Under the pieces are notes generated by a model that did no database searches, had not been told where the DNA came from, and saw only the letters and a program-made list of their open reading frames with translations. Below, one piece after another: positions 16,843-25,998 of a DNA stretch of 49,149 nucleotides. This stretch comes from Acidimicrobiia bacterium (GTDB taxonomy: Bacteria > Actinomycetota > Acidimicrobiia > Spongiisociales > CAZKJJ01), in assembly GCA_046759765.1 (NCBI GenBank), contig JBHICV010000002.1, positions 1-49,149 of the forward strand, in the 5' to 3' direction. Numbering within the stretch: the first letter of the stretch is position 1; each line of letters starts with the position of its first letter. The position numbers and the translations under genes were made by a program.

Positions 16843-18288
16843 ATGAGCGCTGATGTCTTTTCGGCTCGTCGGGACCGGTTCACAGCCGCGATAGGGGACG
16901 GCGTTGCCCTCATAGCCGCATCGCCGGAGACGACGCGCAACCGAGACGTGGAACACCCCTTTCGGCAGGACTCCGACTTTTACTACCTGACGGGCTTCGA
17001 TGAACCCGACGCCGTGGCGCTCCTCGACTCGAATGGAGACGAGCCGTTCGTGCTCTTCGTCCGCCCGAAAGACAAGGAGGACGAGACGTGGACGGGAGTC
17101 CGCGCCGGAGCTGAAGGAGCCAAGGAGCGATTCTCGGCCGATGCGGCTTTTCCCATCAGGGAGTTGGAGTCGCAGCTACTGGAGCGGCTCCAGGGGCGAA
17201 CAACGCTCTACTACCGGACCGCAGGAAGCACCGGCACCACGGTCAACCGCGTCCTCGGTCGGTTACGAGCATGGCACGACAGGACAGGCAAGCCGATACC
17301 CATTGAGGTTCACGACCCGGGGCTGCTCCTGGCCGAGCTGCGCATGCGTAAGACCCCCGAGGAGGTCCACGACCTGCGCCACGCTTGCGAGATATCGGTC
17401 GATGCTCACCTCGAGTCGATGCGCTTCACAACCCCGGGCCGTTATGAGTACCAGGTCAAGGCCGCCCTCGAATACGTCTTTCGCACACACGGATCAAGCC
17501 GAAACAGCTACCCGTCGATCGTGGCGGGCGGAGAGAACGCCTGCATCCTGCACTACACCCAAGGGGACCGGAAGCTCCAAGACGGAGACTTGCTGCTCGT
17601 AGATGCCGGCGCCGAATATGGATACCAGTCGGCCGACATCACCCGGACATTTCCGGTCAACGGTCGGTTTTCAGCCCCGCAGAGAGCCATATACGACGTC
17701 GTGCTCACCGCTCATAGTGAAGCCCTGGCTGTCTGCGGACCAGGGAGCAGCCTCAGAGAGGTTCACGAGGCAGGTAAACGGGCTATCTCCGAGGGCCTGA
17801 TCGAGCTCGGTCTCGTGCCGCGGGCTTTGGACGACACGCTGGCCATGCATCTGTACCGGGAATACTTCATGCACGGGACGAGCCATTGGTTGGGCATAGA
17901 CGTGCACGACGTTGGGACGTTCAAAGTCGACGGCGAGCCGAGACCCCTCGAGCCGGGTATGACCTTCACAGTGGAGCCGGGGATCTACGTCACGCCCAAG
18001 GACGGGCCGGTTGAGTTCTCACTCCTGACCTATGACATGGACGAGTGGTCGGAACGCCGCGCACTTCTGGGCACAGAAGCGGCGCGCAAACTAGAGCGGC
18101 AGGAAGTCGCGGACGCGCCCAGGGTCGAGCATCCCGTCCCTGCCGAGTTTCATGGCATTGGGGCGAGGGTGGAGGACGACATCCTGATCCTTCCTGGAGG
18201 CAACGAGAATCTGACCGCACGCCTGCCGACCCTTCCCGACGACGTCGAGGCGGTGTGTGGCGAGAGGTCCGTTCTTCCCGTGCTCTGA
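16843..18288 (+). CDS. pepP: Xaa-Pro aminopeptidase (M24B) with AMP_N domain
   Basis: PFRQDSDFYYLTGF (AMP_N) and metal ligands in DGDLLLVDAG...YQSADITRT...HGTSHWLGIDVHD...EPG. Confidence 0.88.
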   Translation: MSADVFSARRDRFTAAIGDGVALIAASPETTRNRDVEHPFRQDSDFYYLTGFDEPDAVALLDSNGDEPFVLFVRPKDKEDETWTGVRAGAEGAKERFSADAAFPIRELESQLLERLQGRTTLYYRTAGSTGTTVNRVLGRLRAWHDRTGKPIPIEVHDPGLLLAELRMRKTPEEVHDLRHACEISVDAHLESMRFTTPGRYEYQVKAALEYVFRTHGSSRNSYPSIVAGGENACILHYTQGDRKLQDGDLLLVDAGAEYGYQSADITRTFPVNGRFSAPQRAIYDVVLTAHSEALAVCGPGSSLREVHEAGKRAISEGLIELGLVPRALDDTLAMHLYREYFMHGTSHWLGIDVHDVGTFKVDGEPRPLEPGMTFTVEPGIYVTPKDGPVEFSLLTYDMDEWSERRALLGTEAARKLERQEVADAPRVEHPVPAEFHGIGARVEDDILILPGGNENLTARLPTLPDDVEAVCGERSVLPVL

Positions 18289-18289
18289 T

Positions 18290-18934
18290 TTAGCGGGCCA
18301 GCCACCTCCTCACGGGACTGGGTACTTCGACCTCACCCTTCGCCACCGCCCGGAGAGCCGATCGCAGGTTCTCCTCGTGGAGCCCGCCCGGGGCGGGGGG
18401 AAGCTCGATTTCAACTTCGATCATCGTGCCGCCCGTCCGGCGAAGCGAAGCCCCCATCTCCCGGAACACCTGAAGCATTGCCTCGTTCTCGGCCAGAACC
18501 AAGGCGCGGAACCGCTTGATCCCATGCTGAACTGCGGTATCAGACAGCGTGTAGAGGAGGGCGGTACCGAGGCCTCGGCCTTGGTATTCGTCTGCAACGG
18601 CAACGGCCGGCTCCGCTACTTCAGGCTCGTCGTGCAATCGCACGTAGCGGGCGACGCCGATTCCAGGGTGACCTTCCTGATCCAGGGCGAGCGCGCCCCA
18701 GGCGAAGTGGTCGTGGTAATCGACCTCCGTCAGATAGTCGAGCATCTCGGGGGTCAGCTCCGCAACGGGAGCCAGAAAACGGAGGTAACGAGAGCGAGGC
18801 GACAGTCTTTCAAAGCCCTCCTTCAAACGGTCCCGGTCGTCGGGTGTTATTGGTCGGATCCTGACGCGGGTCCCGTCTCGGAGTTCGATGTCAGTGGTGT
18901 GGCGAGCGACGAAATCCGGATCGGGCTCGGTCAT
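18290..18934 (-). CDS. GNAT-family acetyltransferase (Pat-type C-terminal-domain-like)
   Basis: IRPITPDDRDRLKEGFERLSPRSRYLRF and VADEYQGRGLGTALL motif A. Confidence 0.75.
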   Translation of the reverse strand: MTEPDPDFVARHTTDIELRDGTRVRIRPITPDDRDRLKEGFERLSPRSRYLRFLAPVAELTPEMLDYLTEVDYHDHFAWGALALDQEGHPGIGVARYVRLHDEPEVAEPAVAVADEYQGRGLGTALLYTLSDTAVQHGIKRFRALVLAENEAMLQVFREMGASLRRTGGTMIEVEIELPPAPGGLHEENLRSALRAVAKGEVEVPSPVRRWLAR

Positions 18935-19039
18935 GGACGAATCCTAAGACGGCAATCGAGTAGCCACTCGCCCAAGAAAACCGAGGTGTTGAGGGGCAAA
19001 GTTGGCTTCTGGGGCGCTGGTGGCGGATATCCTGAGGTC

Positions 19040-19825
19040 GTGACCGCCGAAACCAGTACCTGGCTCCGACCTCTTTACCGGGTGTACGAGGAGCGGCTCA
19101 TCCGGCAGCTCGACCGCGATCGCCTGCCACGGCATGTAGGCATCATCCTCGACGGGCATCGCAGATATGCCATGAAGGAAGGCTTGCCCGACTATGCCGC
19201 CAGCTATCGAGCGGGAATGCGTAAATTCGAGGACTTCGTCGGCTGGTCTGCCGAGTTGGGTATCCCGGCCGTCACGGGATGGGTGCTGTCGAAGGAGAAC
19301 CTGAGCCGACCCGCGTCGGAGCTGGAGCTGTACTACGAGGCGTTGATCGATCTGTTCAGTCGACTTCCCCAGCTGGCCAAGAGACACGGTCTCACAGTTC
19401 GATTCATTGGAAGCCTCGACCTGTTGCCAGCGGAGGTAGTGAGGGCAGCCAAACGTGCGGAGGAGGTTGCTGCCAGTGGATTACGTCGACTGACCATCGC
19501 CCTCGGCTACGCGGGCCGCCAGGAGATCGTCGATGCCTGCCGCGATTTGGTACAGAAGCTGGTGTCCGAGGGGGTGTCCCAAGCTGAGATGGTGGACCGT
19601 ATCGACGCCGACACCCTTGCCGCCCATATGTACACGGCCGATCTTCCGGACCCGGATCTGCTCATACGTACCAGCGGCGAATCACGTCTGTCCGGTTTCC
19701 TTCTCTGGCAATCGGCCTATGCCGAATTCGCCTTTGTCGATGTGTACTGGCCGGCCTTCAGGCGCGTGGACTTCCTCCGGGAGCTCCGGGACTTCGGTCG
19801 GCGTGAGCGGAGGTTCGGCCAGTAG
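19040..19825 (+). CDS. Isoprenyl/undecaprenyl diphosphate synthase family (cis-prenyltransferase)
   Basis: HVGIILDGHRRYA, IRTSGESRLSGFLLWQSAYAEF and RRFG. The start is placed at the in-frame GTG 19040; GTG 18986 is also possible. The first ~260 codons of ORF 18257-19825 are antisense to the GNAT gene and are rejected. Confidence 0.8.
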   Translation: MTAETSTWLRPLYRVYEERLIRQLDRDRLPRHVGIILDGHRRYAMKEGLPDYAASYRAGMRKFEDFVGWSAELGIPAVTGWVLSKENLSRPASELELYYEALIDLFSRLPQLAKRHGLTVRFIGSLDLLPAEVVRAAKRAEEVAASGLRRLTIALGYAGRQEIVDACRDLVQKLVSEGVSQAEMVDRIDADTLAAHMYTADLPDPDLLIRTSGESRLSGFLLWQSAYAEFAFVDVYWPAFRRVDFLRELRDFGRRERRFGQ

Positions 19826-19854
19826 ACGGTCACTAGCCTCTCGCCGGGGAGGTA

Positions 19855-20481
19855 GTGATGCAGATTCATACGAGCAGCTTCTCGGACGGGGGGCGGATAC
19901 CGGCCGAGTTCGCTTTCTGTGTCCCGGACGCTGAGACGCACGTTGCCTTCGGGGCCAATCGAAACCCTGATATCTCCTGGTCCGACCTTCCTTCAGGGAC
20001 GCGGTCGCTGGCGCTCATCTGTCATGACCGTGACGTGCCGACCAAGCCGGACGATGTCAACCAGGAGGGCCGCGAGGTTCCGGCTGACCTCCCGCGCGCC
20101 GACTTCTATCACTGGGTGCTGGTAGATGTCGATCCCGGGCTCGGGGGAATCGCCGCGGGCGAATTCTCCGATGGAGTAACTGCCCGGGGGAAGGGCCCAG
20201 GCGGTCCGGGGGGTACTCGTCAGGGCCGCAACGACTACACAGGGTGGTTTGCGGGCGACGCCGATATGGAGGGTTCCTACTTTGGATATGACGGACCCTG
20301 TCCTCCCTGGAACGACACGATCGTCCATCACTACACGTTCACGTTGTATGCCCTGGATATAGACCGCTGCGCGGTCGAAGGCGAGTTTGGCGCGGTTGAG
20401 GTTCTGGAGGCGATCGAGGGTCATGTCCTGGACCAGGACTCGATAATGGGTACTTACTCGATCAACCCGGACGCTCGCTGA
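19855..20481 (+). CDS. YbhB/YbcL (PEBP/Raf-kinase-inhibitor-like) family protein
   Basis: NPDISW...SLALICHDRDVP...HWVLVD...YDGPCPP...HHYTFTLYALD. Confidence 0.85.
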   Translation: MMQIHTSSFSDGGRIPAEFAFCVPDAETHVAFGANRNPDISWSDLPSGTRSLALICHDRDVPTKPDDVNQEGREVPADLPRADFYHWVLVDVDPGLGGIAAGEFSDGVTARGKGPGGPGGTRQGRNDYTGWFAGDADMEGSYFGYDGPCPPWNDTIVHHYTFTLYALDIDRCAVEGEFGAVEVLEAIEGHVLDQDSIMGTYSINPDAR

Positions 20482-20494
20482 GACGCGAGGCCGT

Positions 20495-21118
20495 CTAGGC
20501 CTCCGCCAGCCACATCGACGCCAGCGCGTCCGCGTACTCGTTCCATCGGTATCCCGAGTGAGCTGCGATCCACTTGAGCGTGAGCTCCGGGCGGACTTGC
20601 AGCTTCTCGTAGATGGGACGGACGAGGTCGAGATTCTGGATCGGGCCTGACTTGCGCTTCCATCCGCGGGCCTCCCATCCCGCAGCCCACTCCGTAAACG
20701 TGCGGTACGCAAGGTTGCTGTCGGTATAGACCGTGATCTCGGTTCCCTCGGGTACAAGGTCGATGCCCGAGCTGAGCGCGGTCAACTCCATCCGATTGTT
20801 GGTGGTGAACGTCTCGTGACCGTGCGCCTGATCCAAGATCTGATCTGAGACGACGTAGACGGCTCCCCAGCCGCCGGGCCCGGGGTTAGGCACCGAGCTC
20901 CCGTCTGTGAAAACCCCCGTCGTTGGCCCCGCGGTATAGGTGGCCAGTACCTCGTCGAGCGTCAGCAGGCTTTGGCTGTCGAACAGCGACGGTTCCCGAT
21001 GCGAGCCGGCCTCTGCGTGACAAGAAGCGCACAGTCTTGGTTCCCAGCCCGGATACCGCTCACGGATGTGTTGTGGAACCGTGAATTGGCGGCCGCAGTT
21101 TTGGCAGGTCAGTGCCAT
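20495..21118 (-). CDS. rnhA: Ribonuclease HI with an N-terminal CxxC...CxxC zinc-ribbon extension
   Basis: N-terminus CQNC-x21-CASC. The RNase H core has DEDD candidates in FTDGS, NNRMELTAL, VYTDSN and NEYADALA. Confidence 0.85.
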   Translation of the reverse strand: MALTCQNCGRQFTVPQHIRERYPGWEPRLCASCHAEAGSHREPSLFDSQSLLTLDEVLATYTAGPTTGVFTDGSSVPNPGPGGWGAVYVVSDQILDQAHGHETFTTNNRMELTALSSGIDLVPEGTEITVYTDSNLAYRTFTEWAAGWEARGWKRKSGPIQNLDLVRPIYEKLQVRPELTLKWIAAHSGYRWNEYADALASMWLAEA

Positions 21119-21240
21119 TTGGCTCTCGCTCGTTCAACCAGCACGTTCGACGGTAGACGACTGTATAGGTAGCCGAGCGTCACGAGAGAGGGCCCGGGGT
21201 GGCAAAGCGAGGCGGAGGAGGTTCAGACGACGGAGGGGCA

Positions 21241-21286
21241 CAACCAACAGCGGCCGCTCCCTGGAGCGGCCGCTATCGTGGTTGGG
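21241..21286 (+). promoter_or_regulatory. Long GC-rich hairpin in the pyrE leader
   Basis: AGCGGCCGCTCC (21249-21260) is the exact reverse complement of GGAGCGGCCGCT (21263-21274). The outer arms CAACCAAC / GTGGTTGG extend the stem. It lies about 60-100 nt upstream of the pyrE start. Confidence 0.4.
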
Positions 21287-21346
21287 CTAACACGGAGGCT
21301 GTGAGAACCTCTTCTACGTGAAGCATCGGCAGCAGATGGCTGAATC

Positions 21347-21892
21347 TTGAGCCGATTCCCTGATCTCGTGGCCCATCTCCGGACACACTCCCTCCGGACA
21401 GATGGACCCTTCGCGCTCCGGTCCGGAGAGGCTTCCGACTGGTATTTGGACGCGCGGCGCACAACCCTCGATGGTCAGGGAGGGTGGCTAGTCGGGGCGG
21501 CGGTGGTTGACGTACTCGTGCCGGACGTAGACGCAGTTGGAGGCCTCACGATGGGCGCCGATCCAGTCGCGGTGGCCACCGCGATGGTGTCGAACTCCCG
21601 AGGCCAGAGGCTCCGCGCTTTCAGTGTCAGGAAGGAGAGCAAGGGCCACGGCATCGAGGGTCGACTCGTGGGTCCCGTCGAGCCAGGAGACCAGGTGGCG
21701 ATTGTTGAGGACACGACAACGACCGGAGGAGCGATCACCGAGGCCCTCGATGTGGCAGTCGCGACCGGGCTCCAAGTAGTCCAGGTCGTCGCGGTCTGCG
21801 ATCGAAGCTACGGAAAGGTTGCCGGGCTGCTCGCGGAACGGTCGGTTCCCTTTGTAGCTCTTGTGCAACCAAGCGATCTAGGTGTTACGTGA
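21347..21892 (+). CDS. pyrE: Orotate phosphoribosyltransferase
   Basis: FALRSGEASDWYLD and the PRPP loop VAIVEDTTTTGGA. The start (TTG 21347 or GTG 21368) is uncertain. Confidence 0.88.
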   Translation: MSRFPDLVAHLRTHSLRTDGPFALRSGEASDWYLDARRTTLDGQGGWLVGAAVVDVLVPDVDAVGGLTMGADPVAVATAMVSNSRGQRLRAFSVRKESKGHGIEGRLVGPVEPGDQVAIVEDTTTTGGAITEALDVAVATGLQVVQVVAVCDRSYGKVAGLLAERSVPFVALVQPSDLGVT

Positions 21893-22443
21893 ATGAGCAG
21901 CTGGTAGTCCGTCGGTCTGCACTTCGCGTGTGGTTGGTAGCGCTACTCGCCGCTCCCTTCTGGATCTTTGGTGCCGATCTGATCTTCCAGCAGCGACTAG
22001 TCGGCCGCCTTGGTGAGCTCATCTACCCAGGAGACGTCCCTGCTTTTGAAGCGCGGGACTCACTTTGGGCGTGGCTTTTTCTGATCGGTGGGATTGCAGT
22101 CACCGCCTGGGCACTCAAGGAGCTCCTCGCCCCTCGACGAGTAATCGTTGGCGACCATGAGGAGCTGAGCCTGGCCATAAGCGGTCCGTTCGGTAACCGG
22201 ACTCATATTTCTTGGGAGAAGGTCGTGGACGTCGATGCCGACCGGGCGCTGGACGATGGGGACGTGTTGCCCGTCCTTCGTTTGCAGGTATCGGAGCCCG
22301 ACTTACTGCCTCCCCGTCCCTGGGGTGCCAGACTCACTAGCCCAACGAGCGTTGTGATCCTGGCTTCCGATTGGGACACCGCGCCCGGAGAGGTTGCCAT
22401 GCGAATTGATGAGCTCCGCGCCACGTATGGAGATGATCGGTGA
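21889..22443 (+). CDS. Hypothetical membrane protein (2 TM plus a soluble C-domain)
   Basis: 4-nt overlaps with pyrE upstream and nfo downstream. Two hydrophobic helices. I recognise no family. Confidence 0.55.
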   Translation: MNEQLVVRRSALRVWLVALLAAPFWIFGADLIFQQRLVGRLGELIYPGDVPAFEARDSLWAWLFLIGGIAVTAWALKELLAPRRVIVGDHEELSLAISGPFGNRTHISWEKVVDVDADRALDDGDVLPVLRLQVSEPDLLPPRPWGARLTSPTSVVILASDWDTAPGEVAMRIDELRATYGDDR

Positions 22444-23204
22444 GTCGGGAGCTTGGGGCTCACGTGGGCACCTCCGATCCTCTCGCCAGTGCCCACGCCT
22501 TGGACGCGCAAGCCGTGCAGGTCTTCCTTTCCAACCCACAATCTTGGAAGAAACCCAAGCCACGGGACGACGCCGAAGCCATCCTGGCCTCTGATCTGGC
22601 GGTGTATGTTCATGCTCCGTATTTGGTCAACGTGGCATCGGCGAACAACCGTATCCGCATTCCCTCGCGCAAGATCCTCTCCGATACGTGTGAAGCAGCT
22701 GCGGCTATCGGCGCCAGGGCCGTCATCGTTCATGGCGGACACGTAACTGACGACGAAGCGGTCGATCAGGGCTTCGGCCGGTGGCGAAAAGCTCTCGAGA
22801 CTTTGGAATGGGACATACCGATCATGATCGAGAACACGGCCGGAGGCACGAATGCTCTTTCGCGCGACATAGAAGTCGTCGCTGCTCTATGGGACGAGAT
22901 CGGCGACCTGTCTCCGGGCTTTTGCCTCGATACATGCCACGCCTGGTCGGCGGGTGAGCCATTCGATGGTCTCGTCGATCGCGTCATCGAAGCCACCGGG
23001 GCCATCGACCTCATGCACTGCAACGACTCCCGCGATGACTTTGAAAGCCGGAGGGACCGTCATGCCAACCTGGGCCAAGGGACGATTCCTGAGGCCGAAT
23101 TGATGTCTGTCTTGCGGGCGACGGTGGCGCCGATCATCATCGAGACGCCTGGTGGACAGGACGAGCACCGAGCCGACTTAGACTGGCTCCGCGCCCGACT
23201 CTGA
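22440..23204 (+). CDS. nfo: Deoxyribonuclease IV (endonuclease IV family AP endonuclease)
   Basis: YVHAPYLVN, VIVHGGH, IMIENTAGG, CLDTCHAWSAG and HCNDSRD...RRDRHANLGQG metal-ligand motifs. Confidence 0.85.
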   Translation: MSRELGAHVGTSDPLASAHALDAQAVQVFLSNPQSWKKPKPRDDAEAILASDLAVYVHAPYLVNVASANNRIRIPSRKILSDTCEAAAAIGARAVIVHGGHVTDDEAVDQGFGRWRKALETLEWDIPIMIENTAGGTNALSRDIEVVAALWDEIGDLSPGFCLDTCHAWSAGEPFDGLVDRVIEATGAIDLMHCNDSRDDFESRRDRHANLGQGTIPEAELMSVLRATVAPIIIETPGGQDEHRADLDWLRARL

Positions 23205-23261
23205 GCCCGGTCGCGCCTTCCCCCTACAAGTCATACGGTCCCGCAACCACGAGACGATACG

Positions 23262-24368
23262 ATGACGACAGCTGCCCATCTTGCCGATCTCCGCCGAAAG
23301 CGGACGATTCTCATCTGGCTGGCGTCTGTCGCATGGCTGGCGCTGGTGTTCTTCGCGGTTGCATCCACCCGAGCCCCGATCGAGAACGATCTCACGAGAC
23401 GATCCACCGACGCGCTGACCGCGGCCGGAATCGAGGGGGCTGGGGTCACCTTCGAGGGGCGCGACGCGACCCTGAGCGGGACCGCCGCTACTGAGACCGA
23501 AGCTCAATCAGCCGAGTCGGTGGTCCTAGGAGTCGATGGCGTCCGGGTAGTGAACAACGAGCTAACAGTGGGAGCGCCCTCGGGCGTGGCACCTCCTCCC
23601 ACTATCCCACCTCCGACGGTGGAAGCGGTTCCGGCCGGTGGGAGGCCGCCTTCATTCGTGATGCTCGTCTCTGGCGGAACTGTGGCCTTGACCGGGTCGG
23701 TTCCGGACGAGGAGACCAGAGATGCCCTAGTGGCCGGCGGTGTCGCGGCGTTCGGGCTCCAGAACGTCGTCAACACGCTGTCCGTGGACGAGGGGGTGGG
23801 CTCCCGCGAGTGGTTGGCAGGCCTTCCTTTCTTGATAGGGGAATTCGAGGACGTAACCGAGTTCTCGTTGGTGATCGCCGGTGGCACTGCGGAGCTCTCC
23901 GGTCTCGCCGTCAGCGAGGTGGCTCGCAGCTCGATCGAGAATCTGGTGTCTATGTCGCTTCCCGATATCGAGGTCGTGAATCTCTTGGAGGTAGGCGTCG
24001 ACGAGAGGGAGCTCGTCCAAAAGAAGGTCGATCGGCTCGACCTGACCTTGATCACATTCAGCGTGGGTAGCAGCCAGCTCGAGCCCGGCAGCACGAGCGT
24101 CCTCGACGAGTTAGCGGTAATCCTCATTGATCACTCCGATATGACGGTCGAGATCGGTGGGCATACGGATGCCACCGGAACAGAGGAATCAAACCTGGAG
24201 ATCAGCCAGGGGCGGGCCGAGGCGGTGGTGCAATACCTCGTGGAACATGGCATATCCGAAGCTCGTCTCACCGCCGTGGGCTATGGCTCGAGTGACCCAA
24301 TCGGCGACAATTTCACCGCGGAGGGCCGGGCCCAGAACCGACGGATCGAGGTGACGGTGCTTCCATGA
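23262..24368 (+). CDS. Membrane-anchored BON-like / OmpA-C-like domain protein (ArfA/OmpATb-like layout)
   Basis: N-terminal TM, VLGVDGVRVVNNELTV (BON-like), and a C-terminal OmpA motif (FSVGSSQL...IGGHTDATGTEESNLEISQGRAEAV...GYGSSDPIGDN...AQNRRIEV). Confidence 0.85.
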   Translation: MTTAAHLADLRRKRTILIWLASVAWLALVFFAVASTRAPIENDLTRRSTDALTAAGIEGAGVTFEGRDATLSGTAATETEAQSAESVVLGVDGVRVVNNELTVGAPSGVAPPPTIPPPTVEAVPAGGRPPSFVMLVSGGTVALTGSVPDEETRDALVAGGVAAFGLQNVVNTLSVDEGVGSREWLAGLPFLIGEFEDVTEFSLVIAGGTAELSGLAVSEVARSSIENLVSMSLPDIEVVNLLEVGVDERELVQKKVDRLDLTLITFSVGSSQLEPGSTSVLDELAVILIDHSDMTVEIGGHTDATGTEESNLEISQGRAEAVVQYLVEHGISEARLTAVGYGSSDPIGDNFTAEGRAQNRRIEVTVLP

Positions 24369-24595
24369 CCTACCTGATCGGAGAGATTGCTTTGTTCCTG
24401 CTCCTGGCCTTGGCGCTCGGCCTGGTAGTTGGCTGGCTTCTCCGCGGTCTGGTGGCCTCCCGAGCTGACCGCCCGGAATCTGACCGGCCGCCGAAACAGC
24501 CCGAGGTCTCTCAGGTGCCTGAAGCGCAACCCGAGACCTCTCACATGCCTGAACCGGAACCCGAGAGCGCCGAACAGACGACTATCTGGCCGTAG
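24365..24595 (+). CDS. Small N-terminally anchored protein with an acidic Pro/Glu repeat tail
   Basis: ATGA overlap with the OmpA-like gene, one TM (IALFLLLALALGLVVGWLL), and a tail built from about 30-nt imperfect repeats (PEVSQVPEA / QPETSHMPEP / EPESAE). Confidence 0.5.
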   Translation: MTYLIGEIALFLLLALALGLVVGWLLRGLVASRADRPESDRPPKQPEVSQVPEAQPETSHMPEPEPESAEQTTIWP

Positions 24596-24599
24596 CGGG

Positions 24600-25919
24600 T
24601 TAGGACTCGTAGTACTCGACGCCTAGGTGGGTGATCAATTCCTCACCCATCCAATGTCTGAGAGTGTTCTTGAGTTTGGTCTGTTGGATAAACAGGTCGT
24701 GCTCCGGGTAGAGCCCTTCGCCGACCTGGGGGCTCTTGAAGTAGAAGCTGAGCCACTCCTGGATGCCCGCCTGCCCGGCCCGGGCTGCGAGATCTAAGAA
24801 CAAGGCGAGATCAAGGACGATTGGCGCTGCCAGGATGCTGTCGCGGCACAGAAAGTCGACCTTGATCTGCATCGGATATCCCATCCAGCCGAAGATGTCG
24901 ATGTTGTCCCAGCCCTCTTTGTTGTCGCCGTGAGGTGGGTAGTAGTTGATGCGGATCTTGTGGTAGATGTCGTCGTAGAGCTGCGGGTAGCGGTCCGGCT
25001 GGAGAATCGTGTCCAACACCCCCAGCTTGGTCACCTCCTTGGTGCGGAAGCTTCCCGGGTCATCCAGGACCTCGCCGTCGCGGTTGCCGAGTATGTTCGT
25101 GCTGAACCAACCGTGCAGGCCAAGCATCCTGGCCTTGAAACCGGGAGCCAAGATCGTCTTCATCAACGTCTGCCCGGTCTTGAAATCCTTCCCCGCAATC
25201 GGCACCCCTTGGCGGTTCGCTAGCTCGACCATGGCCGGAATGTCAACTGTCATGTTGGGAGCGCCGTTGGCGAATGGCACCCCCATCGACAGTGCCGCAT
25301 AGGCATAGATCTGACTCGGGGCGATGCTCTCATCGTTTCGATGTAACCCTTCCTCGAATGCGTCCAAGGAAAGATGCACCGCGGTCGGGTCTCGATAGAC
25401 CTCGGTGCTTCCGCACCACACCATGACCAGCCGATCGCAGCTGGTGCGATCCCGGAACTCCTCGATATCGGAGCGGAGCATCTGAGCTAGCTCCCACTTG
25501 TCGGGACCTTGTTTCACATTGTCCGTCTCGTCGAGGCGTCTGACCCAAGTGGGGTCGAAGACGGCTGGCATCGGGATGATGTTTTCCAGCTCGGCCCGGA
25601 CTGCGTCCAGATCTGGCTGCTCGACAACTCCGGCGCGAACCGCGGCCTCGTATGCATTTTCCGAGTAGGGATCCCAGCCACCAAACACCAGGTCATCGAC
25701 GGAGGCCAACGGTACGAAGTCGGCGATAAGTGGCTCGCGGTGCTCGGTCCTCCTTCCCAGCCGGATATGGCCCATTTGCGACACCGAGCCGACGGGCTCC
25801 GCCAAGCCCTTTCGTATGGAATGGATTCCCGCGTACAGCGTGGTAGCAACCGCGCCCATGCCGGGCGTTAGAACACCCAGAGTGCCTTGCGGCTGTTCGA
25901 TATGGAGGGCTTCGGCCAT
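24600..25919 (-). CDS. ino1: myo-Inositol-1-phosphate (inositol-3-phosphate) synthase
   Basis: GVPFANGAPN, GKDFKTGQTLMKT, LGNRDG and SILAAPIVLDL family motifs. The start is placed at ATG 25919 so that it does not collide with the divergent lipoprotein gene. The ORF extends to 26030. Confidence 0.88.
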   Translation of the reverse strand: MAEALHIEQPQGTLGVLTPGMGAVATTLYAGIHSIRKGLAEPVGSVSQMGHIRLGRRTEHREPLIADFVPLASVDDLVFGGWDPYSENAYEAAVRAGVVEQPDLDAVRAELENIIPMPAVFDPTWVRRLDETDNVKQGPDKWELAQMLRSDIEEFRDRTSCDRLVMVWCGSTEVYRDPTAVHLSLDAFEEGLHRNDESIAPSQIYAYAALSMGVPFANGAPNMTVDIPAMVELANRQGVPIAGKDFKTGQTLMKTILAPGFKARMLGLHGWFSTNILGNRDGEVLDDPGSFRTKEVTKLGVLDTILQPDRYPQLYDDIYHKIRINYYPPHGDNKEGWDNIDIFGWMGYPMQIKVDFLCRDSILAAPIVLDLALFLDLAARAGQAGIQEWLSFYFKSPQVGEGLYPEHDLFIQQTKLKNTLRHWMGEELITHLGVEYYES

Positions 25920-25998
25920 TAGGGACTCTCCCGGCACGAGGAAAATGCTAGCGGCGCGGCCCATGTGCAATTCGCGGAGCCGAGTACAGTCGATCGGC

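Noticed and set aside
18257-19039. N-terminal 260 codons of the 522-aa ORF 18257-19825, which would make a giant fused prenyltransferase
   Set aside because: This part is exactly antisense to a well-supported GNAT gene (18290-18934) and has Arg/Gly/Pro-rich composition typical of shadow ORFs in high-GC DNA. The prenyltransferase homology begins only after about 19040.
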